From: Pseudomonas phage HPP-Temi
Sequence record: PP968062.1
Length of the DNA: 64,000 nucleotides
Direction: 5' to 3' (one strand)
Positions 30,418 to 40,250 of this stretch are shown piece by piece. Numbering within the stretch: position 1 is the stretch's first letter; every line of letters begins with the position of its first letter. The notes under the pieces are model-generated. The model did no database searches. It saw only the letters and a list, made by a program, of their open reading frames with translations, and was not told the DNA's origin. Position numbers and translations under genes: made by a program.

Positions 30418-30795
30418 TTACATACTTGCAGCTACACGCTTAACGATGTTCACCCACTCCTCTTCAGCAGGGGTAATCCCATAAGCAGTCCACACAATCT
30501 GAGTTCGCTTATTCAGCTTGAGTTTCAGCAGAGGATACTTAGCAATACATACGCGCAGGGTCTCCTCCATCTTCTCGTATAGATCAGGGACGTACTTATA
30601 TCGGCTCTCAACACCAGCCTCATCTAGGTTAATCCCACTCAAATACTTGGGATGTGCCTTGTCTGTAATCAGGTACAGACGGAAACCGTTCCAGCTATAG
30701 AAAGCCGTACCGGTCACTGTATACTTAAGCACTGATGAATGGAACTGAAGGACTTCAGGACATTGAGCCGAGCTTAGGTCGATACAGTTTTCCAT
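30418..30795 (-). CDS. hypothetical protein (125 aa)
   Basis: ORF. Confidence 0.5.
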   Translation of the reverse strand: MENCIDLSSAQCPEVLQFHSSVLKYTVTGTAFYSWNGFRLYLITDKAHPKYLSGINLDEAGVESRYKYVPDLYEKMEETLRVCIAKYPLLKLKLNKRTQIVWTAYGITPAEEEWVNIVKRVAASM

Positions 30796-30799
30796 TCTT

Positions 30800-31555
30800 T
30801 CACTCCACGATTACAGGATCAGTGATGGTGATCTTGTGGACCGAGTCAGGTAGCGATTCTCTCACCACCGGATCATCAGACCACTTAAGGGTCAGAATGT
30901 ATTCTTCTTTAGCAGGGCGCAGCAAGTGCACACCGCGGCGGAAGTTATTCAGAGATACCCTTGGATCAAGCAGACAACGGCGAAGCGTGTTCACAGCTTG
31001 GTTGATTTCTTTCTGCGACAGGCCTACTACGTTAACAGGGTTTTTCGTATAGTCGTCGAACAGCTTTTCCCACCATGCCTTGATGTCCGGTTTATCTTTC
31101 CCTTCCATTGCAATTACATGCCTGAAAAGATGGGTCATCAAAGTGCCGGCGGGTTTAGCCCCCTCGAATACTTTACAGTCTTCCCACGGGAAACTGTTGG
31201 TAGTCAGAACGTCTTCAGCTTCCTGTGGATCCATGATGATCACATAGGAACTTACGCGCTCATCACGCCAAGTCAGTTTAACCTCAAGCGTCGCGTGAAT
31301 CGGGTTAAGGAAGTCGATTGCCTTCCGGAATGCCGACCATTGCATCGTATCAGACTTCAACGCTTTGTTGAGGTTCCCTTTGTCCTGGTTCCCTTTGTTC
31401 CAGGGCTTCTCAAAGAAAGCATCCTGACGACGGTTCCAGGTACGTTGGTTTACCTTACGCCACAAGAGAACTTCACGGAACAAATAACACGGAATGTCAG
31501 AAGCTCGGAGAGTTCCCTTAAGGGGATCGGAAAGAAGATCTTGTACAGAATCCAT
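30800..31555 (-). CDS. hypothetical protein (251 aa)
   Basis: ORF. Confidence 0.5.
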   Translation of the reverse strand: MDSVQDLLSDPLKGTLRASDIPCYLFREVLLWRKVNQRTWNRRQDAFFEKPWNKGNQDKGNLNKALKSDTMQWSAFRKAIDFLNPIHATLEVKLTWRDERVSSYVIIMDPQEAEDVLTTNSFPWEDCKVFEGAKPAGTLMTHLFRHVIAMEGKDKPDIKAWWEKLFDDYTKNPVNVVGLSQKEINQAVNTLRRCLLDPRVSLNNFRRGVHLLRPAKEEYILTLKWSDDPVVRESLPDSVHKITITDPVIVE

Positions 31556-31608
31556 TTTTCATTTACACCTACGGTGATTGGAGAAAGGTTTTCGTGGGTT
31601 CGGTAGAT

Positions 31609-32151
31609 TTACTTCATGGTATCTTCCTTCATGTTTTCAACCAGAGTCTGAGTCAGTACGAGAATGTCATGATAGACACGTCCAAGTACACGACGATAGA
31701 AACTGCTTGTTTGGGTTTCAAGAATCATTGCGTGTTTATCGAGATACGTTTTCAGTTGTGTCAGAGATTCGATCACGTCAACCGAATAGCCCCGAGCATC
31801 TGCAAAGTACTCATCCAGGTTCACTCGGCCAAACTGAGTGAACTCATTCTTACAGATGTGCTCCAATACAGTCTGGTCTCCGGTGGATACCATTGTGTTA
31901 ATTGAATTCATCTGCTCGATCAAATGGGTAATGTTGTTATGCCGTAACTCCATATTGATCGCCATCATGTCTCGTGGAGTAATGGAACGGAATGCTTCCA
32001 CGTCCATTCTATTCCACAATTCGGCCAGCATGATGGGGTAATCTTCTCGCTTAGCTCCGCCATCTTCAAACTGTTCTAGTAGGGCAGAATACAGTTGTTT
32101 TTTCGAAAGTGGCTGGAGTGCCCGTAACCAGCGGCGTAGCGTATTAATCAT
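31609..32151 (-). CDS. hypothetical protein (180 aa)
   Basis: ORF. Confidence 0.5.
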   Translation of the reverse strand: MINTLRRWLRALQPLSKKQLYSALLEQFEDGGAKREDYPIMLAELWNRMDVEAFRSITPRDMMAINMELRHNNITHLIEQMNSINTMVSTGDQTVLEHICKNEFTQFGRVNLDEYFADARGYSVDVIESLTQLKTYLDKHAMILETQTSSFYRRVLGRVYHDILVLTQTLVENMKEDTMK

Positions 32152-32226
32152 ATAGAAAACTCCCTAATCCGCATTTTATGGCATATTGTTATTCCGTTGA
32201 GTATTTCTCAACAGTGAGGTAGTAAA

Positions 32227-32739
32227 ATGGAAACTCCGATCCCGGCGTTCATCCCGACAGAACCAGAGGTTATGTACTCTGAGCTTTCGTATGAAGATCA
32301 GCTGAAGCTTACACAGAACGTGAAGCATCGCATTCTTCATGGTGTAATGACGTCCCGTGTAGACGGCGTCATTCCAACTGACAAAGAATCCATTGACTCG
32401 ATGTTGAAAGTCATGGACTCTATGGATCGTACAACTATTCAGAACCGTCGGACTCAGATTGAAGCCGAAGGTAACAAGTCTGCTCGCGACCTCGTTGAAT
32501 CGATGGCGGAGTTCATTAAACAAGCCAAGAACAAGAACCCGTTTGTGGCTGTACCCGGTGAAGATGGTAAAGGTGCTGAACCCACCGTTACCGAAGAAGA
32601 TCTGGGCGAATTTGAACATGCTGCCGGTGAAGGTGAGATCGGCGTTATCAGTGAGACTTCTGAAGAGTTCAACGAACGTATGCGGGCTGACTTCGAGAGA
32701 CGTTCCCGTGAAGAAGAAGCTGCATTCGGTCTTGTTTGA
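32227..32739 (+). CDS. acidic hypothetical protein (170 aa), single plus-strand gene inside the minus-strand block
   Basis: SD GAGGT before the ATG. A perfect palindromic terminator follows the stop. The competing antisense ORF 32176-32745 is Phe-rich junk. Confidence 0.5.
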   Translation: METPIPAFIPTEPEVMYSELSYEDQLKLTQNVKHRILHGVMTSRVDGVIPTDKESIDSMLKVMDSMDRTTIQNRRTQIEAEGNKSARDLVESMAEFIKQAKNKNPFVAVPGEDGKGAEPTVTEEDLGEFEHAAGEGEIGVISETSEEFNERMRADFERRSREEEAAFGLV

Positions 32740-32742
32740 CGA

Positions 32743-32776
32743 CATAAAGCCCAGCCGATTAGGGCTGGGCTTTATG
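32743..32776. terminator. bidirectional hairpin terminator (best example of the family)
   Basis: cataaa-gcccagcc-gatta-ggctgggc-tttatg is a perfect 34-nt palindrome, between convergent gene ends 32739 and 32780. Confidence 0.7.
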
Positions 32777-32779
32777 CTG

Positions 32780-33439
32780 TTATCGATCGATAGCTACATC
32801 GTCGAAGTAACCGTTTTCATCGATGTGGATTTCAACGGTTGGTGGCTCGTATTCACGCATAGTCTTACGGACGGTTTCTTCTGTGGTTTTGACCAGTTCG
32901 TCTTGTAACTTTTTTGCGAAGAGAACGCTTCCTGCCATGAGTGCAACACTAGCAATAGCACCTTTGTTTTGAGAGGCCAATTCCAGTGCGGGTCCGATAT
33001 TATCTTTCAGGCGACTGAAAAATCCTTTAACGCTCGATTCTTCTTTCTCCGATGGGATCGGCTGTAGTGTATCGAATACGTTCCCTGGCCAATTCTTAAC
33101 TCGGCGCCACTTCTCGCAGATAGCACCGAAATCAGTGATACCTTGCGCGAACCAATCGAAGATGAATCGATTAGTGGAAATCTTAAGGGTGATCTGATCA
33201 CCTGGTACAAATTCTTCACGAATCCATTTAACAATGTTTTCTTCGTAGAAGATTTCTTCTTTGTTGAAATCGTTCTTACTGGGAACGATTAACATTAGAT
33301 CCAATTCGACTTTGGTCTTATCGATTATTGTTTCATTTACACGCTCGATACATTCTTCGAGCCTGCATACAGTGTTAAGGAATTCGGCTTCGGTTAAACC
33401 GGTTGTTTTTACAGTCCAAAGAAAAGGGATGTTGCTCAT
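32780..33439 (-). CDS. hypothetical protein (219 aa)
   Basis: ORF. Confidence 0.5.
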   Translation of the reverse strand: MSNIPFLWTVKTTGLTEAEFLNTVCRLEECIERVNETIIDKTKVELDLMLIVPSKNDFNKEEIFYEENIVKWIREEFVPGDQITLKISTNRFIFDWFAQGITDFGAICEKWRRVKNWPGNVFDTLQPIPSEKEESSVKGFFSRLKDNIGPALELASQNKGAIASVALMAGSVLFAKKLQDELVKTTEETVRKTMREYEPPTVEIHIDENGYFDDVAIDR

Positions 33440-33565
33440 GAGTATTTACCTAGGTCTATTTAAAAGAACTGTAGGATAAAAGAATATAAAGAGCCTCCTC
33501 CTTATTCTTTAGTCCTACATATCCTTACCTCTCAGGTAAACCTTTCCCATGAACAGACATCTCCT

Positions 33566-34003
33566 TTACTTCTTCCACATCCGATAGATGTGACAACTTG
33601 TAAGGGTGAGCATTGTTCCCATAAACAATGCGGCCATTATATCGCTAGCACTCTCCTCTTCTTTCTTGTCATTCTGGTGTATGTAATCGTAATACTGTTT
33701 CTGCTCCTCTTTTACTTCAACGGAGTCATCAAGATCAATACCAACTAATAAACGCCATTCGTGATCGAGTATCCTAAATTCAGAAAGGATTGTTTCAGTG
33801 AGCTGTTCTTTAACCCACTCCCCATTACGTCCTCTATGAAGACACCAATACTCGCCTTTCTCTTTACAGATGTGACGCTCAACGCCTCGATAATAGAAAC
33901 GGAAATGTTTAATTACTTCTCTTATCGAATCGATGTACAACAGATCCGTTAAACGATCGACAGCAAAGTGGCTTCTAAGGACCTCTATGCTGCGAGTAGT
34001 CAT
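33566..34003 (-). CDS. hypothetical protein (145 aa), hydrophobic C-terminus
   Basis: Its ATG overlaps the TGA of the upstream micro-ORF (ATGA). Confidence 0.5.
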   Translation of the reverse strand: MTTRSIEVLRSHFAVDRLTDLLYIDSIREVIKHFRFYYRGVERHICKEKGEYWCLHRGRNGEWVKEQLTETILSEFRILDHEWRLLVGIDLDDSVEVKEEQKQYYDYIHQNDKKEEESASDIMAALFMGTMLTLTSCHIYRMWKK

Positions 34004-34143
34004 TCGACGTTGATCGGTGTGGCATCTGCCTCATCGATCGTTGTAGAGCATTCTGGAGCGGTTTGGAATAGGTCTCCTCCAAAGGCAATGGTAGCACCAA
34101 TGACAACGCCGATGCTAATAGCGGTTACGATTTTCCAGTTCAT
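34000..34143 (-). CDS. 47-aa single-pass membrane protein, below the ORF-track cutoff
   Basis: The minus-strand ORF reads MNWKIVTAISIGVVIGATIAFGGDLFQTAPECSTTIDEADATPINVE. AGAGGT lies 7 nt before the ATG at 34143. Its TGA overlaps the ATG of the next gene. Confidence 0.45.
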   Translation of the reverse strand: MNWKIVTAISIGVVIGATIAFGGDLFQTAPECSTTIDEADATPINVE

Positions 34144-34223
34144 GATAATTACCTCTTTTAAACAAGCCGTATCCGAGGATAAAGCTCAAATAGGTAATAT
34201 AGATCTGAAAAAAATTTTATTGA

Positions 34224-34256
34224 CATAAAGCCCTCTCCCGAAGGAGAGGGCATATG
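34224..34256. terminator. hairpin terminator (CATAAAG family)
   Basis: cataaa-gccctctcc-cgaa-ggagagggc-atatg, after gene end 34269. Confidence 0.6.
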
Positions 34257-34268
34257 CCTATTTACAAC

Positions 34269-34661
34269 TTACTTGAAGATACCAGCTTTGTAACCTTCAA
34301 CAACAGCTTTCGCCTCAGTTACAGAAAGTTCGTTGATGTGGGTACGCAGCGCCACCACCGCTTTGATGGTGTAGTCGGTATCAGCAACTTCACGCCAGTT
34401 ACCCTTACCTTTGGCCAGCTCTACATCCTGAACGTACAGAGCAGCCTTGAGAAGAGCCATGTTACGTTCAATCGTCTTCATGTCCATCTCCACGAGCTGT
34501 TGCAGGTGAGACAGGGACATATCGGACGCTTCACGAACATCGTCCATGAACGAACGGTTGTCGGCGTTGTTCAGGATATCGCGAGTGAGGGTAGCCAGAT
34601 TACCAGCAGTTGCGGTCAGGTTAACGAGGTGACCAGCGTATTTCTGAGCAAGAGTAGTCAT
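34269..34661 (-). CDS. hypothetical protein (130 aa)
   Basis: ORF. Confidence 0.5.
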   Translation of the reverse strand: MTTLAQKYAGHLVNLTATAGNLATLTRDILNNADNRSFMDDVREASDMSLSHLQQLVEMDMKTIERNMALLKAALYVQDVELAKGKGNWREVADTDYTIKAVVALRTHINELSVTEAKAVVEGYKAGIFK

Positions 34662-34682
34662 TTTATATTCCTTTCGTTGGGT

Positions 34683-35384
34683 TTAGAACGGGAGGTAACG
34701 ACGGATACGCCACTCGTTTTCGGAGGGCGTAGTTTGGAACATCTTTACATAGTAGTCAATGAACGCGACACGGTAGACTTCACCGTATTCGCCAATTACG
34801 AACAGACGATCGATAGGACCGGCCTTAGCCAGCGCCTCTATGACGTTCTTGTCTTCAGCCACCTGACGATGCACCTCTTTAAGAGAAGCGTCGTACAGAG
34901 CTTGTTTGGCAGCTTCCTCAGCCTCTTGTATCTTACGCTCTTCCGATGCAGCGTAAGCTTCGCCGTAAGTACGACGAGCGAAGAGGATGTCTACTGCTTC
35001 ACCAGCGGACATGGAGTTAAACAGACCAGTTACAGCGGCCCATACGCCAGTCGGAGGAGTGGACTTGATGATCTTGTTGTAGCTTTCCAGCGGGATGACA
35101 AACTCACGGAACTTGGTGTCCGTCAGATCGCGGAGTTGCCAGGACTCTTCGTTGTTGTCGCGCTCATGGAACTGCCAACCGGTTTCATTTGAAGCTGAGC
35201 GTATCAAATTCATGGGAACACGACGGTGGAACATCGGAACGTTGGCGATATCGATCAGCGATTGACTACTGCCTTCGGTAGCGATCAGATCCAGCGAATT
35301 CTTAACCCCGTACACTTTGCACAGGAAATCGATGGAATAAGTCACACCAACCGCTACATCATGAGAGAGGTCTTTGTTAAACAT
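34683..35384 (-). CDS. hypothetical protein (about 233 aa)
   Basis: Start moved to ATG 35384 (MFNKDL). Overlaps the upstream gene by 8 nt. Confidence 0.5.
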   Translation of the reverse strand: MFNKDLSHDVAVGVTYSIDFLCKVYGVKNSLDLIATEGSSQSLIDIANVPMFHRRVPMNLIRSASNETGWQFHERDNNEESWQLRDLTDTKFREFVIPLESYNKIIKSTPPTGVWAAVTGLFNSMSAGEAVDILFARRTYGEAYAASEERKIQEAEEAAKQALYDASLKEVHRQVAEDKNVIEALAKAGPIDRLFVIGEYGEVYRVAFIDYYVKMFQTTPSENEWRIRRYLPF

Positions 35385-35733
35385 GGAAGATATCCTTAAA
35401 AAGATGTTTGTTAGCATGTACGATGTAGTTGCATTCCGTATGCAATGCGATCGTGCGGTCGATTGTGTGAAGAAGATCGCCGACTTCATCATCGGTCAGT
35501 GTACATGTCCATTGAGTAAGTTGGATGTATCCACCAACATCCTCTTTGTAATGGCCGTAGACAGTAGCATCTGGTCGACCACCACGCATTGCAAAGATGA
35601 AAGCGTCACCACTGATATCAAGATCGTAGTAATGTCCATGCTCTGATCTGAGTGTAACGAACATCCGCGTAGGACACCTTTTAATAAGGCGTATACGCTT
35701 GGCTAACCGATTTATACTGTCTACGTTAAACAT
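35377..35733 (-). CDS. hypothetical protein (118 aa)
   Basis: ORF. The EHGHYY and YGHYK strings are not a convincing metallophosphatase signature. Confidence 0.45.
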   Translation of the reverse strand: MFNVDSINRLAKRIRLIKRCPTRMFVTLRSEHGHYYDLDISGDAFIFAMRGGRPDATVYGHYKEDVGGYIQLTQWTCTLTDDEVGDLLHTIDRTIALHTECNYIVHANKHLFKDIFHV

Positions 35734-35749
35734 GGGTAGTCCTTGACGA

Positions 35750-36061
35750 TTAGACGTCAGTGAGTAACTCCTCGTAGCACTTACCCGTTTGCAGATCCAG
35801 ACTATCCTGTTCAGTGAGATCCTGACCAGAATCGTACTTCATGAATGCGTGTAGGTAGGCTGTGGAGACTGTGCGGGTATTGAAGAACTTGGCATAAACC
35901 AAGAAACGATCGATATCCTCTTTAGGATCGACCGTAGCTACAGCGAAGCAGTCGATGTCACGGCCAGGGAGAGTTTGTTCAAAGCGATAGATGGATATCA
36001 CCTTGTTTTCATCGTCATCCCGATAGCCGCATTCCAGCAGTCTGTGTGTCTGGATGTTCAT
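35750..36061 (-). CDS. hypothetical protein (103 aa)
   Basis: ORF, 4-nt overlap with the upstream gene. Confidence 0.45.
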   Translation of the reverse strand: MNIQTHRLLECGYRDDDENKVISIYRFEQTLPGRDIDCFAVATVDPKEDIDRFLVYAKFFNTRTVSTAYLHAFMKYDSGQDLTEQDSLDLQTGKCYEELLTDV

Positions 36062-36432
36062 TTCGCTACTCCGTTCATTTCAACCAGGATATTGCGATAG
36101 TGCATCCCGGTGATGGTGCGGAAGTTGTTGATCATGGTATCCGTACGGCTGTTATGTACCGAGGTACCTTTGCTGATGGCACGCGATACGTCCTGGAGAG
36201 CGATGACTTCCTTGAGGGGAGGAACTCCATTGGCGATCCATTGGTCCATCACAGCTTGAACTTCTTCCTGGACCTTATCACGAATACCCATCTTCTGTTC
36301 GTGCTTTTTGTAGATACGCTTGTTCTTGGTGCGATGCAGGATTTCCCAGGACATCCAGTGGGAACGTGCTGAACGTTGGATTTCAGCGATATCGAACTTC
36401 AGTGCAGCTTCCAAACGCGACATGTGTTTCAT
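36058..36432 (-). CDS. hypothetical protein (124 aa)
   Basis: ORF. The conserved 12-mer lies 36 nt upstream. Confidence 0.45.
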   Translation of the reverse strand: MKHMSRLEAALKFDIAEIQRSARSHWMSWEILHRTKNKRIYKKHEQKMGIRDKVQEEVQAVMDQWIANGVPPLKEVIALQDVSRAISKGTSVHNSRTDTMINNFRTITGMHYRNILVEMNGVAK

Positions 36433-36467
36433 GAGTATTTCCTTTTTACATGAGTGTTAATATCACA

Positions 36468-36479
36468 TTTGTAATATAG
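36468..36479 (-). promoter_or_regulatory. conserved 12-mer TTTGTAATATAG, candidate promoter element
   Basis: Second copy. Lies 36 nt upstream of minus-strand start 36432. Confidence 0.4.
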
Positions 36480-36507
36480 GGTTTAAAAGGGTTTAAATGT
36501 AACTCAA

Positions 36508-36537
36508 CATAAAGCCTCCCTTCGGAGAGGCATTTAT
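36508..36537. terminator. hairpin terminator (CATAAAG family)
   Basis: cataaa-gcctccc-ttcg-gagaggc-atttat (one mismatch), after gene end 36539. Confidence 0.55.
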
Positions 36538-36538
36538 A

Positions 36539-36883
36539 TCAGCATGATGCTCTCAGTAGGTACGAAGACGTACCCACAATAGACTTCAACAAAGAACGCC
36601 AGTGTTGGTTGTGTAAGCCCTCTAGGAGCTCCACCACAACCCCATCCCGCCAATTGGCGGTAAGGACACACATTTCACCAAAAGACACCGTAAACAGCGT
36701 TTTAGACCGTTTCTCGGGGACATGTATTCGAAGTTCTCCCAAGAATAGTTTAGCTTGATTCCTGAAGATGTATTCGAACCGACTAGTAATAGCGGAAAGA
36801 TCATGTCGGTAATGTGGTAATAGGAGATAGTAGAAGTTCTCAAGGATTACTTCTAATGTCTCCACTCTTTCTTGTTCTGTCAT
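36539..36883 (-). CDS. hypothetical protein (114 aa)
   Basis: ATGA overlap with the SbcC-like gene. Confidence 0.45.
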   Translation of the reverse strand: MTEQERVETLEVILENFYYLLLPHYRHDLSAITSRFEYIFRNQAKLFLGELRIHVPEKRSKTLFTVSFGEMCVLTANWRDGVVVELLEGLHNQHWRSLLKSIVGTSSYLLRASC

Positions 36884-39372
36884 TTGATGGTAACGTTTTT
36901 GTTATAGGCTTCGGGTACAGTGATATTAGTCGGGTTAATGACTACAATCTCTGCGTTGTTGAAAGCACCATGAGTGGATTGGAAGTGACTGATAAAAAAC
37001 ACTTGTTTGAATTGACCGTTTTCAATTAGACGAGAAATGAACGGGATTAAGTTTGCGCGGTGTTGTTCATCAAAGGTACGACCAAACTCATCGAGGTACA
37101 ACGGCATGTCTTCCAAACCCAGGAATTTCAGAATAGCCATCTTGAAAGCAAAGTTCACAATCTCAAGTTGGCTATCAGAACCATAGGAAATGTCAGGTGC
37201 CATTACTTGACCACCAGCCACCTTAAGTGGGAAGTTATAGTCAAGTTCTTCTCTTTCTACTTTGGAGGGCAGTACTTCCATTGGGTAGGTCCATACCTCA
37301 TCAATGACCGCATTTACGATGTAAGTAACACCTTGAAGGAAGCCCAGCATATAACGACCCAACAGACCTCCATTAGGGGACAGAGACTTGATTAGAATCC
37401 CAAGGTCACTATGGATTTCAGTTGCGTTAGTTACTTCGTTCTCCAGAGTACGGATAGTCGTTTCACGTTGTTCCATCTGAGTTAGTTGACGAGTAGTTTC
37501 CGCCAGCTTAACTTGAATGGTTCCAATCTCTTCACTGTAAGCACGGTCCAGCAGATACTCAGCGTGACGTTCTACTTTATCAGTCCACATCTCGTAACGA
37601 TCCAGTACGTCATGAATACGTTTGTTGTTACGGAGAATGGATTGCTCACCAGTGCGTAGATCTTGCATGTACTGATTGATATCGGAAGCTTTAACGTACA
37701 TGACGTTGATTTCAGTTTCCAATTCCTCTGCTCGCCGTTTCATATAACCGATAGCGTCTTTGTCAATCTCGGCAATAACCTTAAGACGTTTCTCTACGTT
37801 CTGCGCCAGCGCCAGTTCAGTGCAGGACATTACGTAAGCACGCATTGCAGTATGCCATTGCAATGCATCGGTTTTATGTAGCGCAGGGGTACGGTACATG
37901 ATCATGTTACCACCGCAGTAATCCCAAAGCTCGTTGAATTCAGGATAGTCTTTGGTAAGCGACATGAACTGGAACACATAACTGGAATAGTCTTGGAACT
38001 TCTCCAAATACTCAGCTACTTCTTTCTGTTCAGCTTCAATACGATCAACCGCTTCATGCAGTTTAACCTTAGAAGCTTCCAGGGCTTCTCCTTCTGAAGG
38101 ATCAACCCCTGGTTTGAACTCGTGAGTACAAGATGGACATACAACTGTCTCACAACCTTTCAAACGGTTAAGACGACTATTAACTTGATCGATCTTATCG
38201 TTTACTTGGAAGAGGATATTACGTAGCTCTTTTTGACGTTCTTGTTTCTTTGTGGCTTCTTCACGGTTCATCCAGCCGTCGCCGTTATCCGGGAAGCTAG
38301 TGAGTAGATCAAACCAACGATCGAACATACCATCAAGTTTACAGATTGGGTCAGCACCATTCGTATTGAATTTAACGATTGGGAACTGACCAGTGTAAGC
38401 ACGCATGACCGCCAGATTAGATTCAACATTAGCAAGGTTAGTTGCATGTTGTTGTTTCAGAGCATCGATCTCTTCTTCCGATACTTCTATAGAAGACGGA
38501 GCGTTAGTACGAAGCTTTTCCAGTTCTTCTGCCAGCCGGTTAATAACCGCATTGATCGAAGAGTACTGTTCGGATACACGGTTGAACTCGTTTTGATATT
38601 CGCCGTGGTTAGCTACACGAATAGCAGCCGGTAGCATCGGATAATCTTTCAGACAAGCACGGGCATCATTCAGGATAGATTCCAGTTCTTGCTCAGCTTG
38701 TTGTACATTGGAGAAAGCTGGACGAAGATCGTTTTGCTTCTCTTGGAACAGTTTGTTCAGACGACGAGTAAGACGGGAAGTCTCTTCTCGCATCAGCGTC
38801 ATCTCACTGTCACTAAAGATATCATGGTTCTCAGTGACCAGACGTTTAGTGATAAGATCGATTACACCTTTTTGACTACGGTGTTCTTGTTTGATATCTC
38901 GGTAGATATCTAACGCATAGGTAAGATCCACAGTGGACATACGGGTAAGAATCTCACGGCGTTTAGCCGTGGACATACCAGTGAACTTAATACGACCAGT
39001 TGCGATCTCATGGATCTCACGGGTCAGTCCAAATTCTTGTAGGCAAAGTTCTTCTTGGATTTTGAAAGTACCGCCACTGTTCAGTTCTTCGTTGTTACGA
39101 AGGAACGAGTGACGACCAGTGCCATGTCCATAAACGGAATGCAACACGTAGAGGTTGCCTTGGTGATAGCAATGGAATTCTTTAAAGCCATCTTTATCGA
39201 AGTTTGTATGCCGAGAAGGCAACGGAGTCAGTTCGTCCATAACGGAAGACTTACCGGAACCATTCGACCCCAACATAATCATCATGTTCTTGGTGGGAGT
39301 CCACTCGAAGAATTGAACGTTGGCAGTCATAAGACGTTTGAACTTCTTCAAACGTAGGAGAGTGATTTGCAT
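36880..39372 (-). CDS. SbcC/Rad50-like SMC-family ATPase (830 aa)
   Basis: Walker A LGSNGSGKSS. Central CxxC hook (VVCPSCTHEF) flanked by long coiled-coil-like helical sequence. Walker B LYLDEFG and H-loop ISHF at the C-terminus. Confidence 0.75.
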   Translation of the reverse strand: MQITLLRLKKFKRLMTANVQFFEWTPTKNMMIMLGSNGSGKSSVMDELTPLPSRHTNFDKDGFKEFHCYHQGNLYVLHSVYGHGTGRHSFLRNNEELNSGGTFKIQEELCLQEFGLTREIHEIATGRIKFTGMSTAKRREILTRMSTVDLTYALDIYRDIKQEHRSQKGVIDLITKRLVTENHDIFSDSEMTLMREETSRLTRRLNKLFQEKQNDLRPAFSNVQQAEQELESILNDARACLKDYPMLPAAIRVANHGEYQNEFNRVSEQYSSINAVINRLAEELEKLRTNAPSSIEVSEEEIDALKQQHATNLANVESNLAVMRAYTGQFPIVKFNTNGADPICKLDGMFDRWFDLLTSFPDNGDGWMNREEATKKQERQKELRNILFQVNDKIDQVNSRLNRLKGCETVVCPSCTHEFKPGVDPSEGEALEASKVKLHEAVDRIEAEQKEVAEYLEKFQDYSSYVFQFMSLTKDYPEFNELWDYCGGNMIMYRTPALHKTDALQWHTAMRAYVMSCTELALAQNVEKRLKVIAEIDKDAIGYMKRRAEELETEINVMYVKASDINQYMQDLRTGEQSILRNNKRIHDVLDRYEMWTDKVERHAEYLLDRAYSEEIGTIQVKLAETTRQLTQMEQRETTIRTLENEVTNATEIHSDLGILIKSLSPNGGLLGRYMLGFLQGVTYIVNAVIDEVWTYPMEVLPSKVEREELDYNFPLKVAGGQVMAPDISYGSDSQLEIVNFAFKMAILKFLGLEDMPLYLDEFGRTFDEQHRANLIPFISRLIENGQFKQVFFISHFQSTHGAFNNAEIVVINPTNITVPEAYNKNVTIK

Positions 39373-39440
39373 TGGTAAGCCCTTAATATCGTACGTTACC
39401 CTATAGGACTATGGTCACAAGTATTTATTCAGAGGAACCT

Positions 39441-40250
39441 ATGGAAGCTTCAATTTTTAAACTGGTAAGTATTGGTCGTGTAGCAGCAAATAAAGAACGT
39501 GCATCTCGGCATGTAGATGTACTCCCGGTTGAACTGGCGACCGGTACCGATGGTGAGGTAACATTCGATCCTCAGCAAGAAACACTACAAGGCTTTGATG
39601 CTGAAGGTAATCAGTACAACGTCAAAGCAACAACCACACGTACCACTAACTGTGAGTGGTTACCGAATGAAGATAACCGTGTAACACCACCCGATGTACG
39701 TCGTAACGAGATCGTTGAGATCTGGCGTATGGGTGACACTGATCAATATTACTGGCGGAGCATGGGTCTACGGAATAACCTACGTACACTAGAATCCGTT
39801 GTATTTGCCTGGAACGCTTCTCCTAAACCTGGTGGCGCCGGTATTGACTTCTCGTCTTGCTATTTCATGGCTATCTCTGCTCATGACAAGCATTGGACTA
39901 TTGGTACCTCTAAAGCCAACGGTGAAGCTTTTGCTTATACGTTCCAGATCAATACTGATTACGGTGCCGTGTATATCAAAGATGACGTAGGACAGTTGAT
40001 TGAACTCGATTCTAAAGAACGCCGCCTACAATTGAAGAATGCTGATAATAGCTTCTTGAAAGTAGAGCGTCAATGGATCGAGATGTCTGCTGACGATCAC
40101 ATCAAAATGACTGTTGGTGGGACCACGATGGAACTTAAGCCTGCATCCATTGATACGAAGACATCAAACACCACGTTGAATAGTTCTGGTACTCACACAA
40201 CTATAGCTGGTCACATCATCGAACAAACTGGTAGATGGGATATTCTCTAA
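39441..40250 (+). CDS. putative baseplate spike-like protein (about 269 aa)
   Basis: Start at ATG 39441 (MEASIFKL) after GAGGAA. The C-terminus [37 protein letters not shown] looks like beta-helical spike repeats. Its stop overlaps the PAAR start. Confidence 0.4.
   Translation: MEASIFKLVSIGRVAANKERASRHVDVLPVELATGTDGEVTFDPQQETLQGFDAEGNQYNVKATTTRTTNCEWLPNEDNRVTPPDVRRNEIVEIWRMGDTDQYYWRSMGLRNNLRTLESVVFAWNASPKPGGAGIDFSSCYFMAISAHDKHWTIGTSKANGEAFAYTFQINTDYGAVYIKDDVGQLIELDSKERRLQLKNADNSFLKVERQWIEMSADDHIKMTVGGTTMELKPASIDTKTSNTTLNSSGTHTTIAGHIIEQTGRWDIL

Noticed and set aside
34254-35192. 312-aa plus-strand ORF starting at the TATG arm of a terminator hairpin.
   Set aside because: It is antisense to two well-supported minus-strand genes that have SDs and coupling overlaps. 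It is Val/Ser/Phe-rich low complexity.
35377-35733. 118-aa ORF as a split SbcD/metallophosphatase partner of the SbcC-like ATPase.
   Set aside because: Only the isolated EHGHYY and YGHYK strings are present. The GDxHG, GDxxDRG and GNHE motifs are absent, so this is not supportable by eye.
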